Origin: Mytilus trossulus | Lineage: Eukaryota | DNA: 64,000 nt | Assembly (NCBI RefSeq): GCF_036588685.1 | Contig: NC_086386.1 | Coordinates: 1,302,001-1,366,000, forward strand | Direction: 5' to 3' | Part shown: positions 26,601 to 38,152 of the stretch, one piece after another | Position numbering within the stretch: the stretch's first letter is position 1 | How the letters are laid out: every line of letters begins with the position of its first letter | Program-made: the position numbers and the translations under genes | The notes under the pieces: model-generated | Database searches by the model: none | What the model was told of the DNA's origin: nothing | Seen by the model: only the letters and a program-made list of their open reading frames with translations

Positions 26601-29420
26601 AGAGACCAAGCCAAGGCTATGGACAATGATAACAAGTAGGTGTCTCAAACTTCTCAACTAATTAATAAAAAGATATTTATATCAATCATACAATTGTATC
26701 CGTTCCTTCAACAACTGCAACCTCCATTATTATAAATATAGTAAAATAGGATTCATATTCAAAACTCCCAGGGGTTTTATTGGGTGACATCATTTTCAAA
26801 GATTAAAATTTTTTGTGTATAACATTTCATGTCTGATTTATTTAAGGAATGATTGTAATATTTTTTTCTGTCTATAAAGAAATGACAAAAAAATTTGGTG
26901 CACACTGAATAACGTGCGTAGCGGGTTATTTAACAGTGTGCACTACATTTTTTATGTTATTTCGAATAGACAAAAAAAAAATATTACAGTCATTTCTTAT
27001 AATTTAATTCTAAATTCCATTTTAAACCGTAGAAAACCATGAAAAATCGTTTGTGACCTCGTGGTCACATGACTTAATTATGTCTATGGGCTCATAACAA
27101 AATAACGTCAGCCAATCAGGAGATGTGTTACATCCAAAATTAAATTATTGGTCAATGTTCTATGATTATTCAGCAACACTTTTCTTCTTAAGCTTTAGAT
27201 GTAATGTTGTCTTCTTGATATTTACCATTACAGTTAAATCCATTTTGTCCATGTGGTCGGTGATATTGTGAATAATGTATGATCTGATTTAGTCATATCC
27301 GCAATGTAACACAAATAGAATAGCTGTATTTACACTTGTATACTAAATAGTCCCCAGTAACTTCAAATCACAAAGTTCCTGTAAAATTTGACATCACAAT
27401 TTGATATATTATTTATATTATTTTCATTAACAGCTGGAAGAAGATGTATGAAGACCTGATGACAAAAGTGGAGCCATTCATGGCACAGATAGACGCTTAT
27501 GAGATGGAGAAAATGGCACTACTGGGTAATTATTGATATTAGATTGTACTTAAATTATATAATATAAAATTGAGAAAGGAAATGGTGAATATGTCAAAGC
27601 GACAACCACCCGACCATAGAGCAAACAACATGTATGTTACAAGCTTTTCCATAAAAACATACATGGAACCCAGGGGAGACACTATGAATGGGTGCTACAG
27701 TAGGAATGTTAAATGATATTCTTCATTTGTTTCAGTAGGTGGTTACCCCAGTTTGAAAGTATACATTTAAATGGAATAGCCCTGAATTATACAGTAATTG
27801 ACACACTTGACAAATTACTTACCAAAAGAACTTTTTATTTTATTTTATGATTGTTTATACTTAATGTTGCAATATTTTTTAGGGGACAGCTGTTTGATTA
27901 GCGAAAGAGTTGTTTTCCTTGTAGGGAGAAGTCAGTTTTCCCAGTAATAGATTAAACTATTCATGTAACAGACTGATGGTTGTTTTTCATTGCAGGGAGA
28001 AGTCAGTTTGCCCAGGCAGAGATGGATAAATTGAGTCAAGCCTATGCCAAATTACTGGGGCATCAAAATCAAAAACAGAAAATCCATCATATTGTCAAAA
28101 TAAAAGAAGAAAATAATAGTCTGAAAAAGGTATTAGCAATATAACTGAATAGGTGAAACTATTTGTATTGACTCATAAACCGAGTCCAGTGGCTAATATT
28201 TCATATATATTCAGATTGAGAAGTGAATGAACAATAAATCAATAATGGAATAAAAAGGAAAAAGAGACAAGAATTTAAATGTAAAAAAAAACAGCAATCT
28301 GTGTATTGGTACACACCCAAAAAGAACTTAATTGTATAGGATTTAAACTAGTAGGTATATCTATCTCCATTAATGAGAAATATAGTAATAAGTCAATATT
28401 GACATCTCTTAATGTCACCATCCATTTAACTCTTGACAGAATGTAAAGCAACAACAGTGCAATCCCTTACCTTATAATTTGGTAAGGCCAAAAAAAAATA
28501 TATGTCTGTTTACCGTTACCTGACAAACCCTATTTTGAGTGCTGACCCTAAGCCATTTTATATCCGTCGTAAAGTGAAAAATAAACTGAACTGGTGTTGA
28601 AAGTGAAGATAGTGTTGCCTAATCATGAATATGATAGCTGTTTTAAGGACTTGTGTGATGAAATAAACATTGTGCTGCCATTTTTTACAATCAATAACAA
28701 AGGGAAGTAATCCAATCATTAAAATTACGTAACTTGCCGACCCATGATAAACTCTGACCTTGACCTCAAAACTGCACACTCAAAATCATGTCACTAAAAA
28801 TAAAATGAAAATACTAACCTACCTACCCTATTTTTTTAAAGCATATTACCTTAAACAGACATATATTTTTTTGGGCCTACGGATTGATGATCCAGCAACT
28901 CAACAGGCAACAATTATTAGTTATTATAGTGAGGTCAGACAGAAGTTTGATATGTTAGATCTATATTTTTAATAAAATTTTAATCTTTTTTTTTTTAAAG
29001 GAAACTACCTCACTCAGAGAACAGGTTAATAAGCTTAAAAGAACCAACCAGAAACTAGAGGAAAAGACCTTGACATTAGAAGGGCGAAAAAGATTTGATC
29101 CATCTAAAGCTTTCCAATCGAAAGAGAACACAGTTCCACCATCAAGTCCATTAAAGGATGGTAAATAGTTCTTGTCAGCACAATAGTATTATACTCTTGC
29201 AACAAACAGATTTATTATTTTAGCTTCAAACCTATGAACACATTTATATTTGAAATTTTTATTGACTCTTAAATCCTGAAGCAAACATTTGATAATACAT
29301 ACACAATTAGTCAACACACTGTTTATAAATCATTGTACAAGTTTAACTTGCTTTCTGTTACTTCTTTTGATAACCTCATTCTTCATATATTTATTTATTT
29401 TTCTAGGAAATAGAAAATAA
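8638..29420 (+). CDS. HMMR: Hyaluronan-mediated motility receptor (RHAMM) orthologue, 19 coding exons, about 1351 aa
   Basis: Exons: 8638-8683, 13515-13613, 14109-14191, 15824-15898, 16397-16585, 17026-17227, 18072-18122, 18693-18763, 19855-20030, 20630-20716, 21502-21618, 22295-22365, 23430-23578, 23876-26010, 26531-26635, 27434-27525, 27996-28129, 29001-29160, 29407-29420. Total 4056 nt with consistent phases. The N-terminus [27 protein letters not shown] and the C-terminal [39 protein letters not shown] and [20 protein letters not shown] are diagnostic. Confidence 0.93.
9007..10757 (-). mobile_element. 5'-truncated, frameshifted RNase H-encoding LINE (I/Nimb-like group) in HMMR intron 1, antisense to HMMR
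   Basis: ORF 9484-10431 has RNase H motifs [19 protein letters not shown] and [19 protein letters not shown] plus [16 protein letters not shown]. The upstream frame ([10 protein letters not shown]...) is joined by a frameshift near 10545. A putative A-tail appears as a T-run at about 9007-9014. Confidence 0.85.
11581..12276. mobile_element. Non-autonomous DNA transposon (Kolobok-like MITE)
   Basis: TTAA flanks at 11577-11580 and 12277-12280. TIRs AGGGGCACTAGCT / AGCTAATGCCCCT with one mismatch and purine-purine termini. Confidence 0.75.
13586..13700 (+). repeat. Degenerate ~52-bp duplication (2.3 copies) of the HMMR exon 2 donor
   Basis: GGAGGGGATCGATTCAAAACACCAAAAG|GTAATATATGTATTGTT (donor 13614) is echoed by GGAAGGGATCTTTTCAAAACATCAATAG|GTAATATATATTGTT (13666), with a third start GGGGATCGAT at 13691. 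Confidence 0.8.
14221..15455. mobile_element. TIR element (14221-14903) abutted by an inverted partial second copy (about 14911-15455)
   Basis: ~68-bp TIRs ATTAAGAAATAATTCATGGG... / ...CCCATGAATTATTTCTTAAT. The segment 14911-15455 is the reverse complement of about 14288-14826 (checked at both ends). Confidence 0.8.
17408..17780 (+). repeat. Best-preserved copy of an abundant dispersed repeat beginning AAAAGAAGATGTGGTATGATTGCCAATGAGACAAC
   Basis: Related copies or fragments at about 4640-4940 (reverse), 15915-16170, 20055-20320, 38840-39050, 51290-51745 (reverse), 56395-56445 (reverse) and 60345-60460. Confidence 0.75.
18748..19248 (+). repeat. 38/44-bp tandem array (12 donors) spanning the HMMR exon 8 donor
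   Basis: Unit CAAGAAAATC(A/G)TTGAG|GTAAAACTGCATATCTA... Donors at 18764 (authentic), 18802, 18840, 18878, 18916, 18954, 18992, 19030, 19074, 19118, 19162 and 19206. Confidence 0.95.
20355..20545 (+). mobile_element. tRNA-derived SINE fragment
   Basis: A-box-like GGTAGCGAGTGGTCTAAG head, degenerate B-box, and a body GGTTTTCTC..GCACTCTGGCTTCCTGCACCAATAAA. A related 3' fragment lies at about 13920-14027. Confidence 0.6.
22346..23036 (+). repeat. 30-bp tandem array (about 23 copies) spanning the HMMR exon 12 donor
   Basis: Unit TGTTATTGAAGGTCAATTTG|GTGAGTATTA. The authentic donor is at 22366 and the exon part encodes VIEGQF. Confidence 0.95.
27909..28015 (+). repeat. Duplicated splice acceptor of HMMR exon 17 (71-bp offset)
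   Basis: GTTGTTTTCCTTGTAG|GGAGAAGTCAGTTTTCCCAG (AG ends 27924) versus the authentic GTTGTTTTTCATTGCAG|GGAGAAGTCAGTTTGCCCAG (AG ends 27995). Confidence 0.85.
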
Positions 29421-31229
29421 AGAAAAGAAGCCAAAAGAAAGGGAACCTAACCATTATGGACCTGTTAAATGTCAGCGGTGTGAAGTCAAGGAGCACAGTA
29501 TATAGTGTTATTTTTTACATTGCGTAAAATGATTCTAACAATGTGTGTTATAAGTATGACAATATAGTGTTATTGTTACATTGTGTAAAATGATACTTAT
29601 AATGTGTTATATGTTACCTTTTATAATCTTACAGTGACATTGTGTAAAATGAATCTAACAATATGTGTGATGTCACATTATTTAACTATAGTAACATTTG
29701 TGACGAGTGAACCAACACCTTCTAACGGAAAAGCTGGTAGAGTAACCTTGTGTAAAATGATAGAGAATTTGTACTGTATGTCAAGTTACACAGCACATAG
29801 TTTTAATGGTGTAAAATGATTCTAACAATGAGTGAAATAATTGTGACAATGTATTGTTTTATCATAATATAAATACCCAATCATTATTAATAAACAAAAA
29901 TGATAGCAATATTATTTGTAAGATTGATTTTAAAGATTCCATTCCTCCTCATAAAATATAAAACCCAAGATTTGACTTCTCAAGATCATATAATATTCAT
30001 TTGAAGGTTGTGAATTTTAGTGTCTCCCAAAACATATTCTCATATCACCTGGATAATTAAATAGGTATTACCCCATTGAGAACAGCGTCTAGTCAGAAAT
30101 GTTAACTGAATATTACAGCAGCTTCATTTCTTACTTCATATATACTCACGCATATCACTTTTAAGACGAGGAAATAGCAGGTTTTAATTATGTGAAGTAC
30201 CACTGTAGTTTAACCTTGTATTTTATACTGTACTTTAAATAGTTATTAGTGTTTTTAATGTAGAATTATGTATGCAACCACTTTTTATTTTTTAAATCAT
30301 TTGTTATAAATCTATATGTATGATAGGTACAAGTATCTTTTCTGAGTTAATATAAAGGATTAAACTATGACAATTTTAAACCTATGGCAGCACATTTTTC
30401 ACACTACCTCTATTTATTTTTTATTAGTAAATGTTAAAATCTTGAAGGTACTTTTTCATCTTTGTTCGATCTACAAGCGATAATTTTTCTCTGTACCTTT
30501 ATTTTTATAGTGTCTGTTGTTCTTTAGTTTTTAGTATGTAGTGATTAGTAATAACTAGATATAGACTTATGTAGAGAAAAAAGTTTAGAAAAAAACTCAA
30601 CTCATTAACACTTGCCTGAATTAGCAACATTTTTAACTGTTAAAGTATTTACAAAAAATGATCTGGTAACACCAGTGCTTGATATGCCAGTCATATTTCT
30701 AAATATTTTTCCTCAAGCTTTTCTAAACATCACTAAATGAAATTCAAGCACATACTATTTGATGAATATGTACGATGCCTTTGATTTGACCTTTATATAT
30801 GCAGCAGGGATATGCCACACAAATATTATCTTATGTGTCACATTTATATGCACAAATTAAATCATTGCCTGATAAACTTTTGATCATAGAATCACATTTT
30901 CAATCTTGTTACTTACTGATTCTTTATGTAGCATGTCAGTAAAGGTTTTGTTTTAAATCAGGTTCAACTTTAGGCTGACATATCATGTGTTGAGTTTGAT
31001 TATTTATGTATTTTGTGCATGATCAAGATCAATTAAAATTTTAGACCATGTTTAATTTCGTTTCTATGTTGATTTAGGCCATATAAGTGGCACCTTTAAC
31101 ATCCCTGTCTGTGAGCAGGATAATTGGGAAAAAAACTGATACATGTTCAAAAGATGGACCCTGTGTCTTTATAAACATGATAGTCACACAACCCATAATT
31201 CCATTGCATTGGACAAAGTAAACCCTTAA

Positions 31230-31525
31230 CCCTCTTGCTGCCGATCGTTTTTCAAGGTTGCATTTCATATGCGGGAAAATACGACAGCTCAACGTCTGTG
31301 ACGTAACATGCCAAACAACGACGTCATTTTATATATGACGTCACAACATAATGACTGTAACATTTAGGACCCATTGGAAAAAAACATAACACTGTTTAAT
31401 CTCGCTTTTTTTAATTAAAAGAGATACAGCATTGATAAGAAGCTTGCATAAATTTCACCACGGACATATGTGTCCCTCAAACACTGCCGGTGTGGAAATA
31501 TGTGTCCCTCTGGCAGCAAAGAGGG
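31230..31525. mobile_element. piggyBac-like MITE
   Basis: TTAA|CCCTCTTGCTGCC ... GGCAGCAAAGAGGG|TTAA, i.e. a TTAA target-site duplication with CCC/GGG termini. Confidence 0.8.
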
Positions 31526-32399
31526 TTAAGGTGTATGTCTCATTAATTTTTAAAAGATCCAAATAAACCTAATTGTAAGGATGTATCTAGGGAAATATGT
31601 CAAAGGGACAACAACCCAAGCAAAGAGCAGAAAACAGCCAAAGGACACCAATGGGTCTTCAATACAGCGAGGAAATCACATCCAGAAGTGGGCTTCAGCT
31701 GACCTTTAAAAAAAATGTGTAATTCTTCTATTTTCTTTGCTTCATTGATTTCCATAAGTAAGTTTTTGGGCCATGTAGTATTGATAAATTGAAGTCACAT
31801 GTTCAGGTGTTTTAATTGATATAAAAGGGCTTTACTGTCATGGGAAGGATCAGTATACACAGCCAAAAATCTGGTAAAAGTAAACACTATTTTCATGGAT
31901 TGATAGATCACGTGATCAGTCCAGTCTTAAAAGTAAAATTTAAAAAAAAAACAGCTCCAATGAGAATTCCAACTTAAAAGTACTTTATAAAGTGGCAATA
32001 TCAAAAGCGTAAACACATCTAACAAAGGAATGGAAGTGATTTATTTCTGACTTGTTACCAGCATCTCTTTGTGTTTCCTATTAATAGATTGTTAATAACT
32101 TTCTTAAACTATCCTGGATTTGTACCAAACTTGGATTGAAGCTTATTTTTGATCACAAGATAGTATCCAGAAGTAAATTTTGAGACACTGGGTTCTGCGG
32201 AACCCTTACAAATTTTAATTGATTGATAGATAATCTGTTTAGACTGATTTGATAGATCACATGATTAGATTGATTTAGTAGATTGATATACCACAGACCA
32301 AGACCAATTTAAGAAATGGTTCGATCACAGCATTGTCAATTTTCAGCAGTTGATGGTTAGTATGATTTGTCAAATTTAATGGATTAAATAGATCACATG

Positions 32400-32553
32400 C
32401 ACCTTATCGCTAGTTGTCAGCCATTACTGGATATCACACAGGTTCCTGTAAAATTTTGTGTCGTAAAACAACATATATGACGGCACAATGGAACAGTGAT
32501 TGTTGTATGCGTCAAAAGGTCAAGCGGCCGAGTAGGCTAATAGCGATAAGGTG
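32400..32553. mobile_element. Short MITE with 13-bp TIRs
   Basis: CACCTTATCGCTA at 32400 and TAGCGATAAGGTG ending at 32553. Confidence 0.55.
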
Positions 32554-32766
32554 TATTAGCAGGAGGGTTGAATGTCAAGCTTAGTGACATCATTTATCAG
32601 GTTTAATTGATTACTAGATCATTTGATCAGTTAGACTTAATGAACTTGGTTAGTGGTTGCAGAGAATTACTAAAAGTTCTAGTTTTCGGATTCAAATCAT
32701 GTCTGTTCCGGATTGATTTACTCATTCGGAACACTTTGGATTTTTCTTTTATTCTAAAGAAGAATC

Positions 32767-32777
32767 TTCCCGCGAAA
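32767..32777. promoter_or_regulatory. E2F-type site immediately upstream of the DCTD start codon
   Basis: TTCCCGCGAAA (reverse strand TTTCGCGGGAA) lies 10 nt before the ATG at 32788, consistent with S-phase control of a dTTP-pathway gene. Confidence 0.6.
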
Positions 32778-32787
32778 TTTATGAACG

Positions 32788-35700
32788 ATGTCATCAGCAA
32801 ATAACATTAGCGACGATTTTAAAGAGAAATGGTACGTATTATTGGGGTCAAACCTATAATCCGACAGTCTTATAATCTGACACTCCAAGAGTCTGTCAGT
32901 CCTATAATCTGACAGCTGATAATCTTACTCACGGTCACTTGTCTCTGAAAAATAGTGTCCATCCAGACTGTGTTTCCAGTTTTCATGGTGTCGCGCTAAA
33001 ATTTAAAACCAAGCAATCCTGCATCATGCTCAGACCCCAATACACTTTAATATCGCTATTTAGTCCATTCCGGGAAAAACAGTCATTTAAACAACTTCCT
33101 GTTTAGGTCACCGGCCGAAAAATGGAGGTCATCAGTAGTGAGCTGAGGGAGTAAAAACTTTAGAAAGTGATCATCAAGAAACTTTGATATAGTATGCTCC
33201 ACTTTTTTCGAAATTAAAATTGAAGTATAAAGTTATTTTGCTTGTAGTATTTACGGTAGTTTAAACAGGTCTCATTAAAAAGTATCAAGCATGGTGAATT
33301 GTTTAAACAGGGTCCCAGATAGCTTCAACTGGATGAAAAAGTTGTGTAATTTTATAACTAATCCGGAATGGAATAAATAGCGATTAGGTGTATGAAACCC
33401 ACCCTATATTTTTTTAAACAAAAAAATTATCAAATCAGTCAGTATAACATCTTGGTTTAATAATATAGGAGAAAAACCAGTTGTGTCCATCTTCTTTTAC
33501 ATTATTTCCGTCATTGCATGTTTGCCCAGCAAAATTGAATTTTATTTCTAGCAGACATGGTAAATATTGGCCTTTCACTGAAACACTGTCAGTTTGTGGT
33601 ACACATTCCCTTGACGCTCTCAGCAATTTATCAACAGATTTCCTTCTGATCTGGGGAACCGCAGCTATTCAACATCAAAAGAGGGAAATGATTATTTCGT
33701 TTTTCTGTCAAATGGGTCTGGAAAGTGCAAATTCTTGATTATCCTTACTGTCTTTATAAGAAATGATCTTATATAACTTATTTTAAAAAAAGAATTGTCT
33801 ACTACCCTATTATCTAAGCCATTTCATTAACTATGTATAAACATAAAATTAAATTTTATTTTAGTGAAGTCACTGGTGTTATAAATGGTAAGCGAGAGAA
33901 CTATTTAGATTGGCCTGATTATTTCATGGCAATTGCATTTCTTTCTGCACAAAGAAGCAAAGATCCTAGAACCCAGGTAAGATATATTGATGTTATTATG
34001 GTTAGGATTATATCTACTTGGGGAGTGACTCTTGAAATGGTGATACTAGCCTGATTATCAGTACTTGTTATCGTTTGGTATGATTTGGAATATATCCTTT
34101 CACCAATAGGTCATTGACAATTTGTTGGGGATGGGGTCTGTCATCAGTGTTGCTTTTCTACCAAAGACAACACAGGCTCCAGATAACCAGCTGTCTAAGC
34201 TAAGGTACAAATTGTGGATAAACCAGAGTTTCTCTGTAGATCAAAATATTTCAAAATTGTAAGGTTGGCCAGGTCAGTAGGTATTTGTTTTTTTTTAACC
34301 AAAACATAACTGAGGGGGGAAAGGAGGGGGTCTTGATTCTGAATTCCCGGGTTTAAAAACACTAATTTCGAGGTCCCGAAATTAAATAAAGTAAATCCCG
34401 TCATCCTAAAATCCTAAAAAAAAAAATCCTGGATCCGGAAAGGGCCAATCCCGAAATCCAGAGCTTAAAAACAGCTGATCCCGGAGTCCTGATAAAGGTC
34501 CTATTCCACCTCATAACTTATATGATCTAGACAAGAAAATGATGATCAGATCATGAAAAACATCAGTAGAAGTTACAAAACTTTTAAAACAGTTATTGTT
34601 ATAAAATTGCTCAGGTAGGCTTCTTTTTAGGTGGGTGGGTCGGCAACATCAAACGAATGAAATTTTATTTTTGGCCTTATTTCTATATTGTGAAATTTTC
34701 CAATTGTGAAAGAAAAGGTTTTACTAAATTAAAAAAATTACACATTTAAAATTTTGCTATCATTACTTTTCAAGAAGGCAGCATATACATAAAAAAAATT
34801 CAATTATAAATCTAGCAATAACATTGTTTAAAAAACCACTATGGTAAATGTACTAAAAAAAATCTGAATATTAAGTGAGTATATAATAGTTTTGATAATA
34901 CTGTACTGAATGTATATGTAAAAAACTAAAACAACTAATAGATAGTTTATATCTGTTAACTTCAAAAGGTAATGCGGTAGCAGATATTGGTTTCCTTCAT
35001 TATGACAGTAACTTGATAATCTTGAAATACAACCCCTAAAAACACCATATGACACCAAAAGAAATATACATCTTTAATTTCTGTTTACCTTTCAGGTAGG
35101 GGCTTGTATTGTTAACGAGGAAAATAAAATTGTTGGAATTGGATATAATGGTATGCCAATTGGTTGTCATGACGATTTAATGCCATGGGGACGTGAACAT
35201 TCAGATGTTTTACAAACAAAACAGCTTTATGGTATTATATAGTTTTTACACCTAAGTTTAGAAGAAATTACATCATGTACATTGCTCTTCTCTAGCAGCT
35301 AGCCTGTATGTTTCCAAATAGCAGTTTTCAATGACAACTCAAATTTTGCCTGGGCTACTGAAGTGTCATTTGTAACACCATGAAGTTATTAAGTTTCTAT
35401 GACGTCTAATATTTTACATTAAATTGTGTGGTCAGAGGTAAAAAATGTCTAAATTTATTGCACATGATACAGTTTATATTTGTTGATTTGTATAAAAAAA
35501 ATGCAGAACATTTTGGGAAACCTCAAAACAAAAGGCAATTTAGGATTGCTTACTTCTCCATAAAATTAAACTGAATATGTGTTTATTTTCAGTTTGCCAT
35601 GCAGAATTAAATGCTGTTCTGAACAAGAACTCATCAGATGTGAATCATTATGTGTTTATTTTCAGTTTGCCATGCAGAATTAAATGCTGTTCTGAACAAG

Positions 35701-38152
35701 AACTCATCTGATGTGAATCATTATGTGTTTATTTTCAGTTTGCCATACAGAATTAAATGCTGTTCTGAACAAGAACTCATCTGATGTAAATCATTATGTG
35801 TTTATTTTCAGTTTGCCATACAGAATTAAATGCTGTTCTGAACAAGAACTCATCAGATGTGAATCATTATGTGTTTATTTTCAGTTTGCCATGCAGAATT
35901 AAATGCTGTTCTGAACAAGAACTCATCCGATGTGAATCATTATGTGTTTATTTTCAGTTTGCCATGCAGAATTAAATGCTGTTCTGAACAAGAACTCATC
36001 CGATGTAAAGAACTGTACAATATATGTGGCTTTGTTCCCATGTAATGAGTGTGCTAAAGTTGTTATACAGTCCGGTATCAAACAAGTCGTTTACTATTCA
36101 GATAAATATCATGAAAAACCAGAATTCATTGCTTCAAGGAAAATGATGGACATGGCTGGAGTGAAATACAGGTAAATAAATAATGGACATGGCTGGAGTG
36201 AAATACAGGTAAATTAATGATGGACATGGCTGGAGTGAAATACAGGTAAATTAATGATGGACATGGCTGGAGTGAAATACAGGTAAATTAATGATGGACA
36301 TGGCTGGAGTGAAATACAGGTAAATTAATGATGGACATGGCTGGAGTGAAATACAGGTAAATTAATGATGGACATGGCTGGAGTGAAATAATGGCTGGGG
36401 TGAAATACAGGTAAATTAATAATGGACATGGCTGGGGTGAAATACAGGTAAATTAATAATGGACATGGCTGGGGTGAAATACAGGTAAATTAATGATGGA
36501 CATGGCTGGAGTGAAATACAGGTAAATTAATGATGGACATGGCTGGAGTGAAATACAGGTAAATTAATGATGGACATGGCTGGAGTGAAATACAGGTAAA
36601 TTAATGATGGACATGGCTGGAGTGAAATACAGGTAAATTAATGATGGACATGGCTGGAGTGAAATACAGGTAAATTAATGATGGACATGGCTGGAGTGAA
36701 ATAATGGCTGGGGTGAAATACAGGTAAATTAATAATGGACATGGCTGGGGTGAAATACAGGTAAATTAATAATGGACATGGCTGGGGTGAAATACAGGTA
36801 AATTAATGATGGACATGGCTGGAGTGAAATACAGGTAAATTAATGATGGACATGGCTGGAGTGAAATACAGGTAAATTAATGATGGACATGGCTGGAGTG
36901 AAATACAGGTAAATTAATGATGGACATGACTGGAGTGAAATACAGGTAAATTAATGATGGACATGGCTGGGGTGAAATACAGGTAAATTAATAATGGACA
37001 TGGCTGGGGTGAAATACAGGTAAATTAATGATGGACATGGCTGGAGTGAAATACAGGTAAATTAATGATGGACATGGCTGGAGTGAAATACAGGTAAATG
37101 AATAATGGACACAGCTACAGTTTAATAACTAGCATCACAAGGATATGTCATTGGAAATAGGCATGTGTATGAGAAAAGTTCAGACATGTGTTAGAAAACA
37201 TCAAAATTGTTTGTTGAGAAAATCAAACACTTGTAAGAAAAGTTCAGACATGTGTTAGAAAACATCAAAATTGTTTGTTGAGAAAATCAAACACTTGTAA
37301 GAAAAGTTCAGACATGTGTTAGAAAACATCAAAATTGTTTGTTGAGAAAATCAAACACTTGTAAGAAAAGTTCAGACATGTGTTAGAAAACATCAAAATT
37401 GTTTGTTGAGAAAATCAAACACTTGTAAGAAAAGTTCAGACATGTGTTAGAAAACATCAAAATTGTTTGTTGAGAAAATCAAACACTTGTAAGAAAAGTT
37501 CAGACATGTGTTAGAAAACATCAAAATTGTTTGTTGAGAAAATCAAACACTTGTAAGAAAAGTTCAGACATGTGTTAGAAAACATCAAAATTGTTTGTTG
37601 AGAAAATCAAACACTTGTAAGAAAAGTTCAGACATGTGTTAGAAAACATCAAAATTGTTTGTTGAGAAAATCAAACACTTGTATTTAAAGAAAAGTTCAG
37701 ACATGTGTTAGAAAACATCAAAATTGTTTGTTGAGAAAATCAAACACTTGTAAGAAAAGTTCAGACATGTGTTAGAAAACATCAAAACTGTTTGTTGAGA
37801 AAATCAAACACTTGTAAGAAGAGTTCAGACAGACAGCAATCAAAAAAAAAGGGAAGACATTTAGTGGTTAACACACTCCTTTTTCAACAATAAACTGTAC
37901 ATACACAAAATATTTGGCTCTCAATCTGTCGGACTTTAAAAAAAATATAAAAAAAAGTTTTACCATTCAATCTCAACTGCTGATATATAATTACTCCCCA
38001 AAAGAGTGTTTACAAAAGGCAATTTACAACTTTTGTTACTTTTATTTTTCAGACAACATATTCCCAAGAAAACGCAGATTCTAATAGATTTCAGTGTGAT
38101 TGAAAATATGACACAAGAAGTTAAAGACGTACTAAACAAGGAATCAGATTAA
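32788..38152 (+). CDS. DCTD: Deoxycytidylate (dCMP) deaminase, 5 exons, 201 aa
   Basis: Exons 32788-32831 (least certain), 33865-33976 ([29 protein letters not shown]), 35096-35231 ([21 protein letters not shown]), 35958-36171 ([20 protein letters not shown], with the HAE and PCxxC zinc motifs) and 38053-38152. Total 606 nt with consistent phases. Confidence 0.95.
34312..34512. mobile_element. MITE with GAGG...CCTC termini and 6-bp TSD
   Basis: ATAACT|GAGGGGGGAAAGGA ... TCCTATTCCACCTC|ATAACT, with internal ATCCCG/ATCCTG subrepeats. Confidence 0.65.
35576..36006 (+). repeat. 73-bp tandem array (6 copies) spanning the DCTD exon 4 acceptor
   Basis: Unit TATGTGTTTATTTTCAG|TTTGCCATGCAGAATTAAATGCTGTTCTGAACAAGAACTCATCNGATGTGAATCAT. 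AG ends at 35592, 35665, 35738, 35811, 35884 and 35957 (authentic). Confidence 0.97.
36143..37110 (+). repeat. 37-bp tandem array (about 26 copies) spanning the DCTD exon 4 donor
   Basis: Unit ATGATGGACATGGCTGGAGTGAAATACAG|GTAAATTA with the authentic donor at 36172. A truncated variant recurs 313 bp apart (36391 and 36704), showing higher-order duplication. Confidence 0.97.
37172..37830. repeat. 64-bp minisatellite (about 10 near-identical copies), purely intronic
   Basis: Unit AGAAAAGTTCAGACATGTGTTAGAAAACATCAAAATTGTTTGTTGAGAAAATCAAACACTTGTA starting at 37172, 37236 and onwards. Confidence 0.95.

Noticed and set aside
35576-37830. CRISPR-like appearance of the regular 30-77 bp repeats here and elsewhere in the window
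   Set aside because: Units are contiguous with no unique spacers, there are no cas genes, and the context is spliceosomal eukaryotic genes.
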